This document shows, piece after piece, positions 19,239 through 28,876 of a stretch of 64,000 nt of DNA. The position numbers and the translations under genes were made by a program. The stretch is from Candidatus Hydrogenedentota bacterium. Its GTDB lineage: Bacteria > Hydrogenedentota > Hydrogenedentia > Hydrogenedentales > JAEUWI01. How positions within the stretch are numbered: position 1 is the stretch's first letter; each line of letters starts with the position of its first letter. The notes beneath the pieces were generated by a model. That model ran no database searches. It was not told where the DNA came from and worked only from the letters and a program-made list of their open reading frames with translations. The stretch covers positions 128,001-192,000 of the forward strand of contig JAXMOL010000004.1 of the NCBI GenBank assembly GCA_034669905.1. Direction: 5' to 3'.

Positions 19239-19685
19239 TTAGACATCGTCCTCGGCGATAGAAATCCAAATGGTCGTCACCCCGTCATCGGAGTTATCCC
19301 AATGCACCGTCGCATCATTTAATTGGGTAGATACCGACTCGACTTCATTGGCCTTCACGGGCCCCGGGCCGGTAAATATAGAAAAGGTGGCAATGGCAAT
19401 CACCAGCGCAGCGGCCGACAGGCTCATCAGGGCCCACATGCCGCCGGGGCGCCGACGGGAGCGGGAAACCTCGGCCTGTATACCTTCCATGAAGGCAGGA
19501 AACTGGTTGTCCGAGAGCACGGGCGCTTCAGGCAGGGCACCCAGGGCGGCGCGCAACTGCAGGAGCGATTTCTGATGGGCGGCACAGGGGCCACAGGAGG
19601 CCAGATGGGCCTCCACAGCTTCCTGCTCGTGCGATTCGCCATCGACGAAACGCTCCACTTTGCTTGTCCATTTGCATGTTTTCAT
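19239..19685 (-). CDS. Zinc-binding (ZAS) anti-sigma factor, single TM
   Basis: FVDGE...HLASCGPC (HxxxCxxC), one TM helix, directly downstream of the ECF sigma factor. Confidence 0.88.
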   Translation of the reverse strand: MKTCKWTSKVERFVDGESHEQEAVEAHLASCGPCAAHQKSLLQLRAALGALPEAPVLSDNQFPAFMEGIQAEVSRSRRRPGGMWALMSLSAAALVIAIATFSIFTGPGPVKANEVESVSTQLNDATVHWDNSDDGVTTIWISIAEDDV

Positions 19686-19687
19686 AA

Positions 19688-20329
19688 TCAACTACCCTCC
19701 ACGTAGCCCATGGCGACCAATTTAGTCTGCAATTTTTTCCGGGCGTGATGCAATCGGCTCATCACCGTACCTTCACTACAGTTCATGACTTCCGCCATTT
19801 CTTTGTAGGACATCCCTTCATATTCTCGCAGCACAAAGGCCATCCGGTGCTTAGGGGAAATACCGTCCAATGCCGTTTGAATCGCCTTTCCCAACTCAGT
19901 ATTCGCCAGTTCCTGACTGGGGTCAGACGGAGCCGCGAAAAAGTCCTGGGTGGGCAAGGCATCCATCGACACGGTCGGTAGACGTCGCTTTTTAAAATGG
20001 TCTTTACAGTGGTTGGCCGCAATGCGGAGCAACCAGGTCTTTATACCCGCATCGCCACGAAAGCGCCCGAGTGAACGGTAGGCCTTAATAAAGACCTCCT
20101 GGGAGACATCCCACGCTTCCTCGCGATTTCGGAGAAAATGGTAACTTAAACCAAAAACATCGTTTCGATACCGTCGAACCAACTCTTCAAAGGCCTGTGG
20201 CTCACCTGATTTCGCACGCGTTACCAATTCGGCATCGGTCGCATCACGTGGTAATTTCAGCTTCTCCACACGCTCCTCTTCCACAGCAATTCGGTCATAA
20301 AAGAGACCGGATTCGATTGACATGCTCAT
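19688..20329 (-). CDS. ECF RNA polymerase sigma-70 factor
   Basis: AFEELVRRY, DVSQEVFIKAY, TWLLRIAAN, region 4 SYKEMAEVMNCSEGTVMSRLHHAR. Confidence 0.95.
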   Translation of the reverse strand: MSMSIESGLFYDRIAVEEERVEKLKLPRDATDAELVTRAKSGEPQAFEELVRRYRNDVFGLSYHFLRNREEAWDVSQEVFIKAYRSLGRFRGDAGIKTWLLRIAANHCKDHFKKRRLPTVSMDALPTQDFFAAPSDPSQELANTELGKAIQTALDGISPKHRMAFVLREYEGMSYKEMAEVMNCSEGTVMSRLHHARKKLQTKLVAMGYVEGS

Positions 20330-20357
20330 ACGCTGAATCTCCTCATTCCACAGATAG

Positions 20358-20383
20358 AGACGCGCGGGGAGCCTATGTATTCA
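20358..20383 (-). promoter_or_regulatory. Putative ECF autoregulatory promoter
   Basis: Minus-strand TGAAT-16 nt-CGTCT just upstream of the GAGGAG RBS, resembling ECF (GAAC...CGT) promoters. Confidence 0.5.
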
Positions 20384-20609
20384 AAATACTTTCGTTCATG
20401 ATTGTACCATCCTGGAGCGGGGGGTTAAAGTGCGAATACTACAACCGCCACTTACCCGAAAGCCCCGACGAACTGGCAGCCAGGCACCGGCGAAAATGCA
20501 GTCGCTTTAGCGCGAATCCTTCTGGTACACTTGAAAAGGAGTTGATGGCGATAGCAACACGATAAGAACGGCCTGGACCTGCTTTCCAGGAATACAGTTT
20601 GGAGAACCT

Positions 20610-22193
20610 ATGCAACGCAAATCCAGCAGATCTGAATTCTTTGCGCTTTTCACCTTCCTCGCCGTCTTGGTACTGCTTCTGACCAATGGCTTCGCCCCGC
20701 GAATTCACGCGCAGGGAGATGAGGTTGATCTGTACCCCCGTATCGAACCCATCGGCGAAGTGCTCTCGAAGATCCTGAATGAGTATGTTGAAGATGCCGA
20801 CCTGGACCAGGTTGTTGAGGGTGCCATCTTTGGCATGATGGGTGCCCTGGGCGGACACAACAGTTATATCCCGGTCGAAGTCCTGACGGAAATGCGCGAA
20901 GATACCCGCGGCGAATTCGAAGGCATCGGTGTTTCCATTCGAGAAGAGGGCAAAGAAGTCGTCATTTATATGCCCATCGAAGGGGCGCCTGCTGCGGAGG
21001 CCGGTTTACTCGCCGGCGATATCATCGTTGCGGTCGATGACGAAACCACTGCCAGCATGTGGGAAGCCAACGAAGACAACCCGGCTTTTAAGATAGTTAA
21101 CGCTGTGGCTGATCGTATCCGTGGCGAGCGGGGGACTTCGGTGAAGATCACCGTATCCCGCAGAGTGGGTGGCGCGCTCCAGAATATGGACTTTATGGTC
21201 AAGCGGGCCAAAGTGCCGCTGGAAAGTATCAAGGAAGCGCGCATTCTTCCCGGGGATATCGGCTATATTCGTATTCGCGATTTCAAAGATAACACCGCGA
21301 AGGATATGCGGAAGCGTATCGTCGAGTTTAAGGAAGAGGGCATGAAGGCCTTCGTACTGGACCTTCGCTGGAACCCCGGTGGCCTGCTGAGTGCCAGCCG
21401 GGAAGTGTGCGATCTCTTCCTGCCGAAGAAATCCCTGGTCACCTACACCAAGGGGCGGCCCCGTGCGGATGGTTCGGAAAACCCGGAAAACATGGAACTG
21501 TACACCGATCATGCTCCGGTCCTGCCCCTCGATTTCCCGATGGCCGTGCTGGTCAATGGGGACACGGCGAGCTCCGCAGAGATCGTGACCGGTGCCCTGC
21601 AATTTCACAAGCGGGCCATCGTAATTGGCGAGAAGACCTTTGGTAAGGGCAGTGTTCAGACTATCATCCCCCTGAAGCGCCCCAAGGATACGGCACTCCG
21701 CCTTACCACGGCGTTGTACTACACGCCCGCGGACGTCACCATCGATCACCAGGGCATCCTTCCAGATGTAAAGGTGGAAATGGACCGTGGGGACGTGAAC
21801 GCCCTTATCAACCAGATGTTCCGTTCCTATGAAAAGGACCCGAGCAAGCGCAACAAACAGAATCACGGCACCGCTTCGGGCAACGTAGTGACCGAAATTG
21901 ACAGCGCCGATGAAGATAAGGAAGAGGCCCTCCTCGCCGAGGTCGCCGCGTACTACGGCGAAGATGTATCCAACATTCTGCGTGATCGGGTCAGCCTGAA
22001 GGAACGGGACGAGAAGACCGTAGAAGATCTTCCGCTCCTTCGTGCCGTCGAGATTATTCAGGAGAGCCCGGACTGGCCGGCGACCTTCAAGAAGTACCAT
22101 CGGGATGTACGCGAGACCCAAATGGCCGCGAGCACCGTGGCCGAAGAGGAGGGCACCGCGTCCGAGGCAACCGCCGAGACGACGGAACCCTGA
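20610..22193 (+). CDS. ctpA: S41 carboxyl-terminal processing peptidase
   Basis: PDZ region [42 protein letters not shown]. Confidence 0.92.
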   Translation: MQRKSSRSEFFALFTFLAVLVLLLTNGFAPRIHAQGDEVDLYPRIEPIGEVLSKILNEYVEDADLDQVVEGAIFGMMGALGGHNSYIPVEVLTEMREDTRGEFEGIGVSIREEGKEVVIYMPIEGAPAAEAGLLAGDIIVAVDDETTASMWEANEDNPAFKIVNAVADRIRGERGTSVKITVSRRVGGALQNMDFMVKRAKVPLESIKEARILPGDIGYIRIRDFKDNTAKDMRKRIVEFKEEGMKAFVLDLRWNPGGLLSASREVCDLFLPKKSLVTYTKGRPRADGSENPENMELYTDHAPVLPLDFPMAVLVNGDTASSAEIVTGALQFHKRAIVIGEKTFGKGSVQTIIPLKRPKDTALRLTTALYYTPADVTIDHQGILPDVKVEMDRGDVNALINQMFRSYEKDPSKRNKQNHGTASGNVVTEIDSADEDKEEALLAEVAAYYGEDVSNILRDRVSLKERDEKTVEDLPLLRAVEIIQESPDWPATFKKYHRDVRETQMAASTVAEEEGTASEATAETTEP

Positions 22194-22281
22194 TCCCCCC
22201 AGACAGATGACAGCCCTTGCGGCGCTATCGCTTTCCGCGATGGCGCCGTTGTTTACTAAGCAATACCGATTGGGAGTATTT

Positions 22282-22992
22282 ATGCGAAGCGATGGTCGTA
22301 CCCAGGATGCCCTGCGTCCTGTCACCTTTCAACGTCATTTCACGCGGCATGCTGCGGGCTCCGTGCTCGTATCCTTTGGCGACACCAAAGTGATCTGTAC
22401 CGCCTGCCTGGAATCCCGGGTCCCACCGTGGCTGCGGGACAGCGGTAAGGGCTGGGTGACGGCCGAATACGCCATGCTTCCGGGAGCGACCCACGAGCGG
22501 ATTCGCCGGGAGTCCAATTCGAAGGGCCGTGCCCTGGAAATCAGCCGCTTGATTGGCCGGTCGCTGCGGGCCGTCGTTGATTTGGAGAAACTCGGCGAAC
22601 AGATGATCACCCTCGATTGTGATGTTATTCAGGCCGATGGCGGCACCCGCACCGCCGCAATATCCGGTGCGTATGTGGCGCTCCATGATGCGGTTGCTCA
22701 ACTCATTACCAATGGCACCCTGACAGAATCGCCTTTGCTCGGTGCCTGCGCCGCCGTAAGTGTCGGTGTGGTGGGGGAAGAGGTCCTGCTCGATTTGTGC
22801 TATGAAGAAGACGTGGTCGCCGAAGTGGATATGAATGTCGTCATGAATGGGGAGCAGCAGTTTATCGAAATTCAGGGCTGCGCCGAAGGACAGCCCTTCG
22901 ACCGGGGGCAAATGGATGCCATGCTGGCCCATGCGGAAAGCGGTATTGCCCAGATCATCGCGGCACAAAAGGACGCCCTGGCTCATGGCTGA
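22282..22992 (+). CDS. rph: Ribonuclease PH
   Basis: [44 protein letters not shown]. Confidence 0.96.
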   Translation: MRSDGRTQDALRPVTFQRHFTRHAAGSVLVSFGDTKVICTACLESRVPPWLRDSGKGWVTAEYAMLPGATHERIRRESNSKGRALEISRLIGRSLRAVVDLEKLGEQMITLDCDVIQADGGTRTAAISGAYVALHDAVAQLITNGTLTESPLLGACAAVSVGVVGEEVLLDLCYEEDVVAEVDMNVVMNGEQQFIEIQGCAEGQPFDRGQMDAMLAHAESGIAQIIAAQKDALAHG

Positions 22993-23593
22993 GATATTGC
23001 TCATCGGTTCAGGCAACCGGGACAAGGCCCGAGAGCTGGCCACCTTACTGGAGGGGCTCCCCTGGGAAGTCCGCTGCCTGAAAGATTATCCGGCGGTCGA
23101 TGAACCCGAAGAAGACGGCGAAACCTTCGAAGCAAATGCGCTCAAGAAAGCCCGGTTTTACGGGGAACATTTCGGGGTGGCCTGTGTGGCCGATGACTCC
23201 GGGCTCGCGGTGGATTTCCTCGACGGCGCGCCTGGCGTCTATTCCGCCCGGTATGCGGGTGAGGCGTGCAGCTATGAGGCCAACAACAAGAAATTACTTT
23301 CCGCCCTGGCCGGTATCCCCTGGCACGAGCGGACGGCCCACTTCTGTTGCTGCGCCGCCTTTGTACCCAAAGAGGACCCGTCGCATCATATCGAAATGGG
23401 TCTATGTCACGGGCATATAGCGGTATCCCCATCAGGCGCGGGAGGTTTTGGCTACGACCCCCTCTTCGTGCCGGAAGGGGAAGAGCGAAGCTTTGCCGAG
23501 ATGCGACCGGAAGAAAAGCATGCCATCAGCCACCGCGGCCGGGCCTTTGCCCAATTGCGCCACTTCCTGGAGACCCGTCATGATAGTGGGTGA
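22985..23593 (+). CDS. rdgB: Non-canonical purine NTP pyrophosphatase RdgB/HAM1
   Basis: [38 protein letters not shown]; overlaps the rph stop. Confidence 0.95.
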   Translation: MAEILLIGSGNRDKARELATLLEGLPWEVRCLKDYPAVDEPEEDGETFEANALKKARFYGEHFGVACVADDSGLAVDFLDGAPGVYSARYAGEACSYEANNKKLLSALAGIPWHERTAHFCCCAAFVPKEDPSHHIEMGLCHGHIAVSPSGAGGFGYDPLFVPEGEERSFAEMRPEEKHAISHRGRAFAQLRHFLETRHDSG

Positions 23594-24194
23594 TCCACGG
23601 CAGCCGGAGTCAATTCAGGACGCCGTTGCAACGCTCCGCAAAGGCGGGATCGTGGCCTATCCCACCGAAACGGTATATGGACTCGCCGTTGACCCGTACA
23701 ATTTGCACGCACTCGATCTCCTGTTTTCCGCCAAGGGGCGTAACCGAGAGAAGGCTATCCTGTTGATTGTGGCAGACCAGGCCCAACTGGCCGATGTCAC
23801 AGCAACTGTTTCACCGCGGGCACAAGCCCTGATTGATGCCTTCTGGCCAGGCCCGCTCTCCATCCTGTTTCCCAAACATCCCGAACTGCCCGAGGCCCTC
23901 GCGCCCGGTCTGGACAAGATCTGTGTCCGCTGCCCGGGTGCCGATGTTGCCCGGGCGCTTTGTGCTGCCTTTGGGGGGGCTATCACGTCTACTTCGGCGA
24001 ACGCCAGTGGGGAGGCCCCCATAGCGCGCCTGGCCGACCTTCACTTGCCCCATATCGCGCTGGGCCTCGATGGAGGCACGCTGGCACCATCGCCACCGTC
24101 TACTATCGTAGACGCCGAAACCGGCGAGGTACTTCGCGAAGGCGTTGTCAGCCGGGCTGCGATCGCGGCAGTCCTGAACGACCTGAAACCCTGA
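23580..24194 (+). CDS. tsaC: L-threonylcarbamoyladenylate synthase (short TsaC/YrdC form)
   Basis: YPTETVYGL, AKGR...K, FWPGPLS, TSTSANASG, PSTIVD. Confidence 0.93.
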   Translation: MIVGDPRQPESIQDAVATLRKGGIVAYPTETVYGLAVDPYNLHALDLLFSAKGRNREKAILLIVADQAQLADVTATVSPRAQALIDAFWPGPLSILFPKHPELPEALAPGLDKICVRCPGADVARALCAAFGGAITSTSANASGEAPIARLADLHLPHIALGLDGGTLAPSPPSTIVDAETGEVLREGVVSRAAIAAVLNDLKP

Positions 24195-24279
24195 TTCCCC
24201 GCGGATTACTTGTGCTGGAGCCCCCGGACTCCCTACAATACCCCTGTTGAAACGAAGTCCAACCTACGGAATTTTCCCC

Positions 24280-24753
24280 ATGAATCTCGCTTTCGGATGT
24301 GATCACGCCGGTTATGAAGACCCTGCACCCTACTACGCCCCGGCACTGATCGAGTACCTGGAGTCTTTGGGGCACTCCGTAGAACATGTAGGTACCTATG
24401 GGCAGGGTTCGGTGGACTATCCGGATTTCGCAGAGAAAGTTGCCTGTGCCGTCTTGAACAAATCGGCCGATCTGGGAATTCTTCTTTGCGGTACGGGCAT
24501 GGGAATCAGCATCGCTGCCAACCGCCACCAGGGCATCCGGGCCGCTGCCTGTGTGACGGAAGAAATGGTGCGGCTGGCCCGCAACCACAACAACGCAAAT
24601 ATCCTTTGTATCGGGCGCCGCATTCTATCCATTGATGAATGCAAGCACCTGATCGATATCTTTCTGAGTACTGAATTCAGCGGCGGTGAGCGCCATGTGC
24701 GCCGCATCGACAAAATGGATCACCTCGGGCAAACGACCCGCACGACTTCCTGA
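24280..24753 (+). CDS. rpiB: Ribose 5-phosphate isomerase B
   Basis: GCDHAG, SVDYPD, CGTGMGISIAAN, HNNANIL, GERHVRR. Confidence 0.95.
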   Translation: MNLAFGCDHAGYEDPAPYYAPALIEYLESLGHSVEHVGTYGQGSVDYPDFAEKVACAVLNKSADLGILLCGTGMGISIAANRHQGIRAAACVTEEMVRLARNHNNANILCIGRRILSIDECKHLIDIFLSTEFSGGERHVRRIDKMDHLGQTTRTTS

Positions 24754-24816
24754 GTTCGTCGACCACCTCCACGACCCCGCTGCCCTTGAGCCCCTGACTG
24801 CAGGAGAAGTATCCCT

Positions 24817-26205
24817 ATGAGCGCATTGACGCCCCTGGAAATCGTCGAAGCCCTGGACCGCCATATCGTCGGTCAAAAGGAAGCCAAGAAGAAAGTGGCC
24901 ATCGCCCTGCGGAACCGGTGGCGACGGCAACAGCTTCCCGAGGCCTTGCGTGAGGAAGTTGCCCCAAAGAACATCATCATGATCGGACCAACGGGCGTGG
25001 GCAAGACCGAAGTGGCTCGACGCCTGTCGAAATTGGCAGACGCGCCCTTTGTAAAGGTAGAGGCTTCAAAGTTTACCGAAGTGGGCTATGTCGGGCGCGA
25101 TTGCGAGTCCATGATCCGTGAACTCACCGAAGTGGGAATCAAGCTGGTCAAGGAAGAGATGCAGCGCGAAGTACAGGGGGAAGCGGCGGCACAGGCCGAA
25201 GCCAAGCTGCTGGATCTCCTGTTGCCCCCCCAACCCAGCGGCCCCGAGAAGATTTTTCGACCGGGAGACCCCCAGAGTGGGGATGAAGGTCCCGCCAGAA
25301 ACCTGGACCAGGACCCGGCCACCCGCACCCGGGAGATTCTGTTGCAGAAACTCCGGTCCGGCGATTTGGATAATCGGGAAGTCGAAGTCCGTGTCAAGGA
25401 TACGGGCAACAGCTCCGTCATGCAGGTATTCGGCGCCAACGGGATGGAAGAAATGGGCGTCAATCTGCAGGAAATGATGGGGCGCATGATGCCGCAAAAG
25501 TCGAAGGTACGGAAGGTCACGGTCGCGGAAGCCCGGGGCATTCTGGAGCAAGAGGCCGTCCAGGAACTCATCGACATGGATAGCGTGACACCCCTGGCCA
25601 TCGACCGGGTGGAAAATTCGGGCATCGTCTTCCTCGACGAAATCGACAAGATTGCAGGGCGGGGCCAACATGGTCAGGGCCCTGATGTCTCCCGAGAAGG
25701 CGTCCAGCGCGACATCCTTCCCATTGTGGAAGGCAGCACGGTCATGACGAAATACGGTCCCGTTCGCACCGATCACATCCTTTTTATCGCAGCAGGCGCC
25801 TTTCACATTGCCAAGGTGTCCGACCTGATCCCCGAGCTGCAAGGCCGCTTTCCCATCCGCGTAGAACTCGACAATCTGGGGGCCACCGACTTCGGACGTA
25901 TCCTCCGGGAGCCCGAGTGTTCGCTCATTACCCAATACATCAGCATGCTGAAGACAGAAGGGGTTACCCTGGAATTTGATGACGCCGCTATTGACGCCAT
26001 CGCCGCCTTCTGCCAACGGGTAAACGACGAGACCGAGAACATCGGCGCACGGCGTCTCCATACGCTGATGGAAAACCTCCTGGAAGATATCTCATTCGAA
26101 GCGCCAAACCGCCCGGGAGAAACCATTCGCGTGGATGTGGCCATGGTGAACGACCGACTGGCCTCCAAAGTAGAAGACCAGGATCTGTCCAAGTACATAC
26201 TCTAA
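24817..26205 (+). CDS. hslU: HslUV protease ATPase subunit
   Basis: LTPLEIV, PKNIIMIGPTGVGKTE, KFTEVGYVG, DEIDKI, C-terminal DLSKYIL. Confidence 0.97.
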   Translation: MSALTPLEIVEALDRHIVGQKEAKKKVAIALRNRWRRQQLPEALREEVAPKNIIMIGPTGVGKTEVARRLSKLADAPFVKVEASKFTEVGYVGRDCESMIRELTEVGIKLVKEEMQREVQGEAAAQAEAKLLDLLLPPQPSGPEKIFRPGDPQSGDEGPARNLDQDPATRTREILLQKLRSGDLDNREVEVRVKDTGNSSVMQVFGANGMEEMGVNLQEMMGRMMPQKSKVRKVTVAEARGILEQEAVQELIDMDSVTPLAIDRVENSGIVFLDEIDKIAGRGQHGQGPDVSREGVQRDILPIVEGSTVMTKYGPVRTDHILFIAAGAFHIAKVSDLIPELQGRFPIRVELDNLGATDFGRILREPECSLITQYISMLKTEGVTLEFDDAAIDAIAAFCQRVNDETENIGARRLHTLMENLLEDISFEAPNRPGETIRVDVAMVNDRLASKVEDQDLSKYIL

Positions 26206-26244
26206 GGCCGTGCCACTGCGGTACTAACGGGGAGCGCGCTCGCT

Positions 26245-26946
26245 ATGACCACCTTTGACGTCTTGCTGGAAGCCGGTGTGGGGGGGGCCGCCATGTCGGA
26301 TCAGTCCGACGGCGACTGCGGATGGGCGGGGGCGGTCACGGGCACCCGAGGGCGCTTTCTCTTGGCCCAGCATATGGATCCCCCCTCCCTCGCCATTCAA
26401 CGACAGGTCCACGGCACCCATGTGCGCACCGTGGGCCTGGCTACCCCGGGCTTGGGCGCCACCAGCCCCCAGGACGCGATGGGGGACGGGGATGGACTAA
26501 TCACGAATGTGGTAGGCCTTCCGCTGGCCGTAACCGTGGCCGATTGCGTCCCGATATTACTCTTTGAGCCCCACGCGGGTGTTGTCGCGGCACTCCATGC
26601 CGGGCGGGAAGGTACGGTGGGCGGCATTGCCACCGAGGGTATACGCCAAATGGTCTCGGTGTTCGGGGCTGACCCGGGCGCGATTTTGGCGGTTATCGGA
26701 CCCTCAGCCGGGCCTTGTTGCTATGAAGTATCTCCCGAAATGCGGGACGAATGTGGGGAGCAGGGGGTGGTCACCCGGGGGCGCCACCTGGACCTCTGGC
26801 AAAGCAATCGGGCCCAGTTACTTGGCGGGGGCGTTAAAGATGCGCATATCACGGTTACAAAGGAATGCACGATCTGCACGGAGCGCTACTACTCCTACCG
26901 CCGTCAGGGCACGGCCGCGCGGAATCTGGCGGCAATCATGCGCTGA
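26245..26946 (+). CDS. pgeF: YfiH/PgeF family protein
   Basis: QVHG, GDGLIT, VADCVPIL, HAG, GPSAGPCCYEV, YYSYRR. Confidence 0.88.
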   Translation: MTTFDVLLEAGVGGAAMSDQSDGDCGWAGAVTGTRGRFLLAQHMDPPSLAIQRQVHGTHVRTVGLATPGLGATSPQDAMGDGDGLITNVVGLPLAVTVADCVPILLFEPHAGVVAALHAGREGTVGGIATEGIRQMVSVFGADPGAILAVIGPSAGPCCYEVSPEMRDECGEQGVVTRGRHLDLWQSNRAQLLGGGVKDAHITVTKECTICTERYYSYRRQGTAARNLAAIMR

Positions 26947-26985
26947 CACGGGCAGGGAGAGCACGTGAAATACTGAATTTGCGCA

Positions 26986-27015
26986 TTGCACCACCCCGGG
27001 CTCTTATGTTAGAAT
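26986..27015 (+). promoter_or_regulatory. Promoter of the rimP-nusA-infB operon
   Basis: TTGCAC-18 bp-TAGAAT with an extended -10 TG. Confidence 0.55.
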
Positions 27016-27044
27016 CGGGCAGTCATATTAATGCGACTTCGCGG

Positions 27045-27071
27045 AAAAGTGGGTCTTGGCCCGCTTTTTTT
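27045..27071 (+). promoter_or_regulatory. rimP leader (attenuator-like hairpin)
   Basis: AAAAGTGGGT-CTTG-GCCCGCTTTTTTT, the short terminator-like element typical upstream of rimP. Confidence 0.75.
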
Positions 27072-27091
27072 GTTAACTGCCGAGGTATAAG

Positions 27092-27550
27092 GTGAGCAAA
27101 GAAGAACTCGTTCGACGTTTCTGGTCGGTATTCGAGCCTGAAATACTCGAACAAGGGTACGATCTTGTCGAGGTTGAGGTAACCGGACAAGGGGGCGTAC
27201 GTATTCTACGGATATATATTGACAAGGAACCCGGTGGAATTCGTCATGAAGACTGCGCCACCGTCTCCCAGTTACTCAACCCGCTGCTGGATGCTGACAA
27301 TTTTATAAACGACAACTACATATTGGAAGTTTCGTCACCCGGAATCGATCGTCCGGTGCGAAAACCCAAGGATTTCGAACGCTTTACGGGTGAATCTATC
27401 ACGATTAACACCCATTCTCCCGTACTAGGGCAAAAGAAATTCACAGGCGTGCTACGCGGCTTTGACGACGGACTCATACAGGTGGATTGTGACGGAACCC
27501 TCTACGAGATACACGCAGAGAATCTTCGCAAGGCCAATCTAAACCGGTAG
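27092..27550 (+). CDS. rimP: Ribosome maturation factor RimP
   Basis: LRIYIDK..GI..EDC, YILEVSSPGIDRP; precedes nusA. Confidence 0.95.
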   Translation: MSKEELVRRFWSVFEPEILEQGYDLVEVEVTGQGGVRILRIYIDKEPGGIRHEDCATVSQLLNPLLDADNFINDNYILEVSSPGIDRPVRKPKDFERFTGESITINTHSPVLGQKKFTGVLRGFDDGLIQVDCDGTLYEIHAENLRKANLNR

Positions 27551-27571
27551 AGACCGAGCAGGGAGAGTGCT

Positions 27572-28777
27572 TTGGACCAGAATTTACGTATCATATTGCA
27601 ACAAATCGAAGCGGACAAGAGCATCGATCGGGAAACCCTGATCGAGGCGATTCGCAGTGCTATTGAGAGCGCTGCGCGAAAAGACGCCGGTAATGCGAGC
27701 AACATCACGGTTGAGGTGGATCCCGACACCCTGGCCTTCAAGGTATTCGAAATACGCACCGTGATGGAAGAAGTGGAAGATGCCACGACGGAAATAGCGC
27801 TGAAAGAAGCCCTGGAATTGAATGCGGCGGCGACGGTGGGAAACCGGCTTAAGATCCAGACCCACCCGAAAGATTTCGGCCGCATCGCCGCGCAGACCGC
27901 CAAACAGGTCATCATTCAGAAAATCAAGGATGCCGAGCGCGACAATATTTTCGATGAGTTCAAGCAGCGCGAAGGCGAGTTAATTACCGGTACGGTAAAA
28001 CGCATCAGCCATGGGAACATCATTGTATCCATCGGCAAGGCCGAAGCGCTGATTCCCTACCGCGAGCAGTCACCCCGGGAAACCTATCGTCCAGGCGATC
28101 GTATTCGCGCGATTCTGGTCGAAGTGGAGAAGTCTTCCAAGGGTGCGCAAGTGATACTTTCCCGCACGTCACCGGAGTTGGTACTCAGTCTGTTTGAGCT
28201 GGAAGTACCCGAACTCTATGATGAGACCATTGAAATCAAGGCGATCGCCCGTGAAGCGGGTAGTCGCACCAAGGTTGCGGTACGTTCCAATGATGTAAAC
28301 GTTGATCCCGTCGGGGCATGCGTAGGCATGAAAGGCGCCCGCGTGCGCGCTGTAGTGGAGGAATTGTCGGGCGAGAAGATTGATATTGTGCGGTGGAGTG
28401 ATCAGGCCTCGGAACTTTGTGCCAACGCCCTGAACCCAGCGGACATCCTTCAAATTCTGATTGATGAAGAGCAAGGAAACATCCAAGTCGTAGTGCCACA
28501 GGATCAACTCTCCTTGGCTATTGGAAAACGTGGACAAAACGCCCGCCTTGCCTCTAAACTAATTGGTTGGAACATCGACATCCAAGGTGAAGCCACCGAA
28601 CGCGATGCCGAAGTGGACGCGCTGTTTGATGATGGCGACGAAGCGGAAGCATCCGCGCCGGCGGAGACGGTTGACCCAGCTCCCGACGCGCCTTCGGAGC
28701 CCCCTGTTGAAGAAGTTGCTACGGAGTCTCCCGAAGGAGAAGACACCGCGGCAGAACGTAATGACGCTGCGGAATAG
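27572..28777 (+). CDS. nusA: Transcription factor NusA
   Basis: FGRIAAQTAKQVI, AREAGSRTK, DPVGACVG, QLSLAIGKRGQNARLA; TTG start. Confidence 0.97.
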   Translation: MDQNLRIILQQIEADKSIDRETLIEAIRSAIESAARKDAGNASNITVEVDPDTLAFKVFEIRTVMEEVEDATTEIALKEALELNAAATVGNRLKIQTHPKDFGRIAAQTAKQVIIQKIKDAERDNIFDEFKQREGELITGTVKRISHGNIIVSIGKAEALIPYREQSPRETYRPGDRIRAILVEVEKSSKGAQVILSRTSPELVLSLFELEVPELYDETIEIKAIAREAGSRTKVAVRSNDVNVDPVGACVGMKGARVRAVVEELSGEKIDIVRWSDQASELCANALNPADILQILIDEEQGNIQVVVPQDQLSLAIGKRGQNARLASKLIGWNIDIQGEATERDAEVDALFDDGDEAEASAPAETVDPAPDAPSEPPVEEVATESPEGEDTAAERNDAAE

Positions 28778-28876
28778 CCCGTGTGTGCGCCCGGTGTGAA
28801 CTTAATACTTAGATGGTCCGTCACCATGAGTTGACGACATCTCGATACGATATATTATCTCGGAGGACAAGAAATC

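Noticed and set aside
22042..23579. N-terminal extensions of rph, rdgB and tsaC in the ORF track suggesting fusions or frameshifts
   Set aside because: Downstream ATGs (22282, 22985, 23580) give normal-length proteins with ordinary stop/start overlaps.
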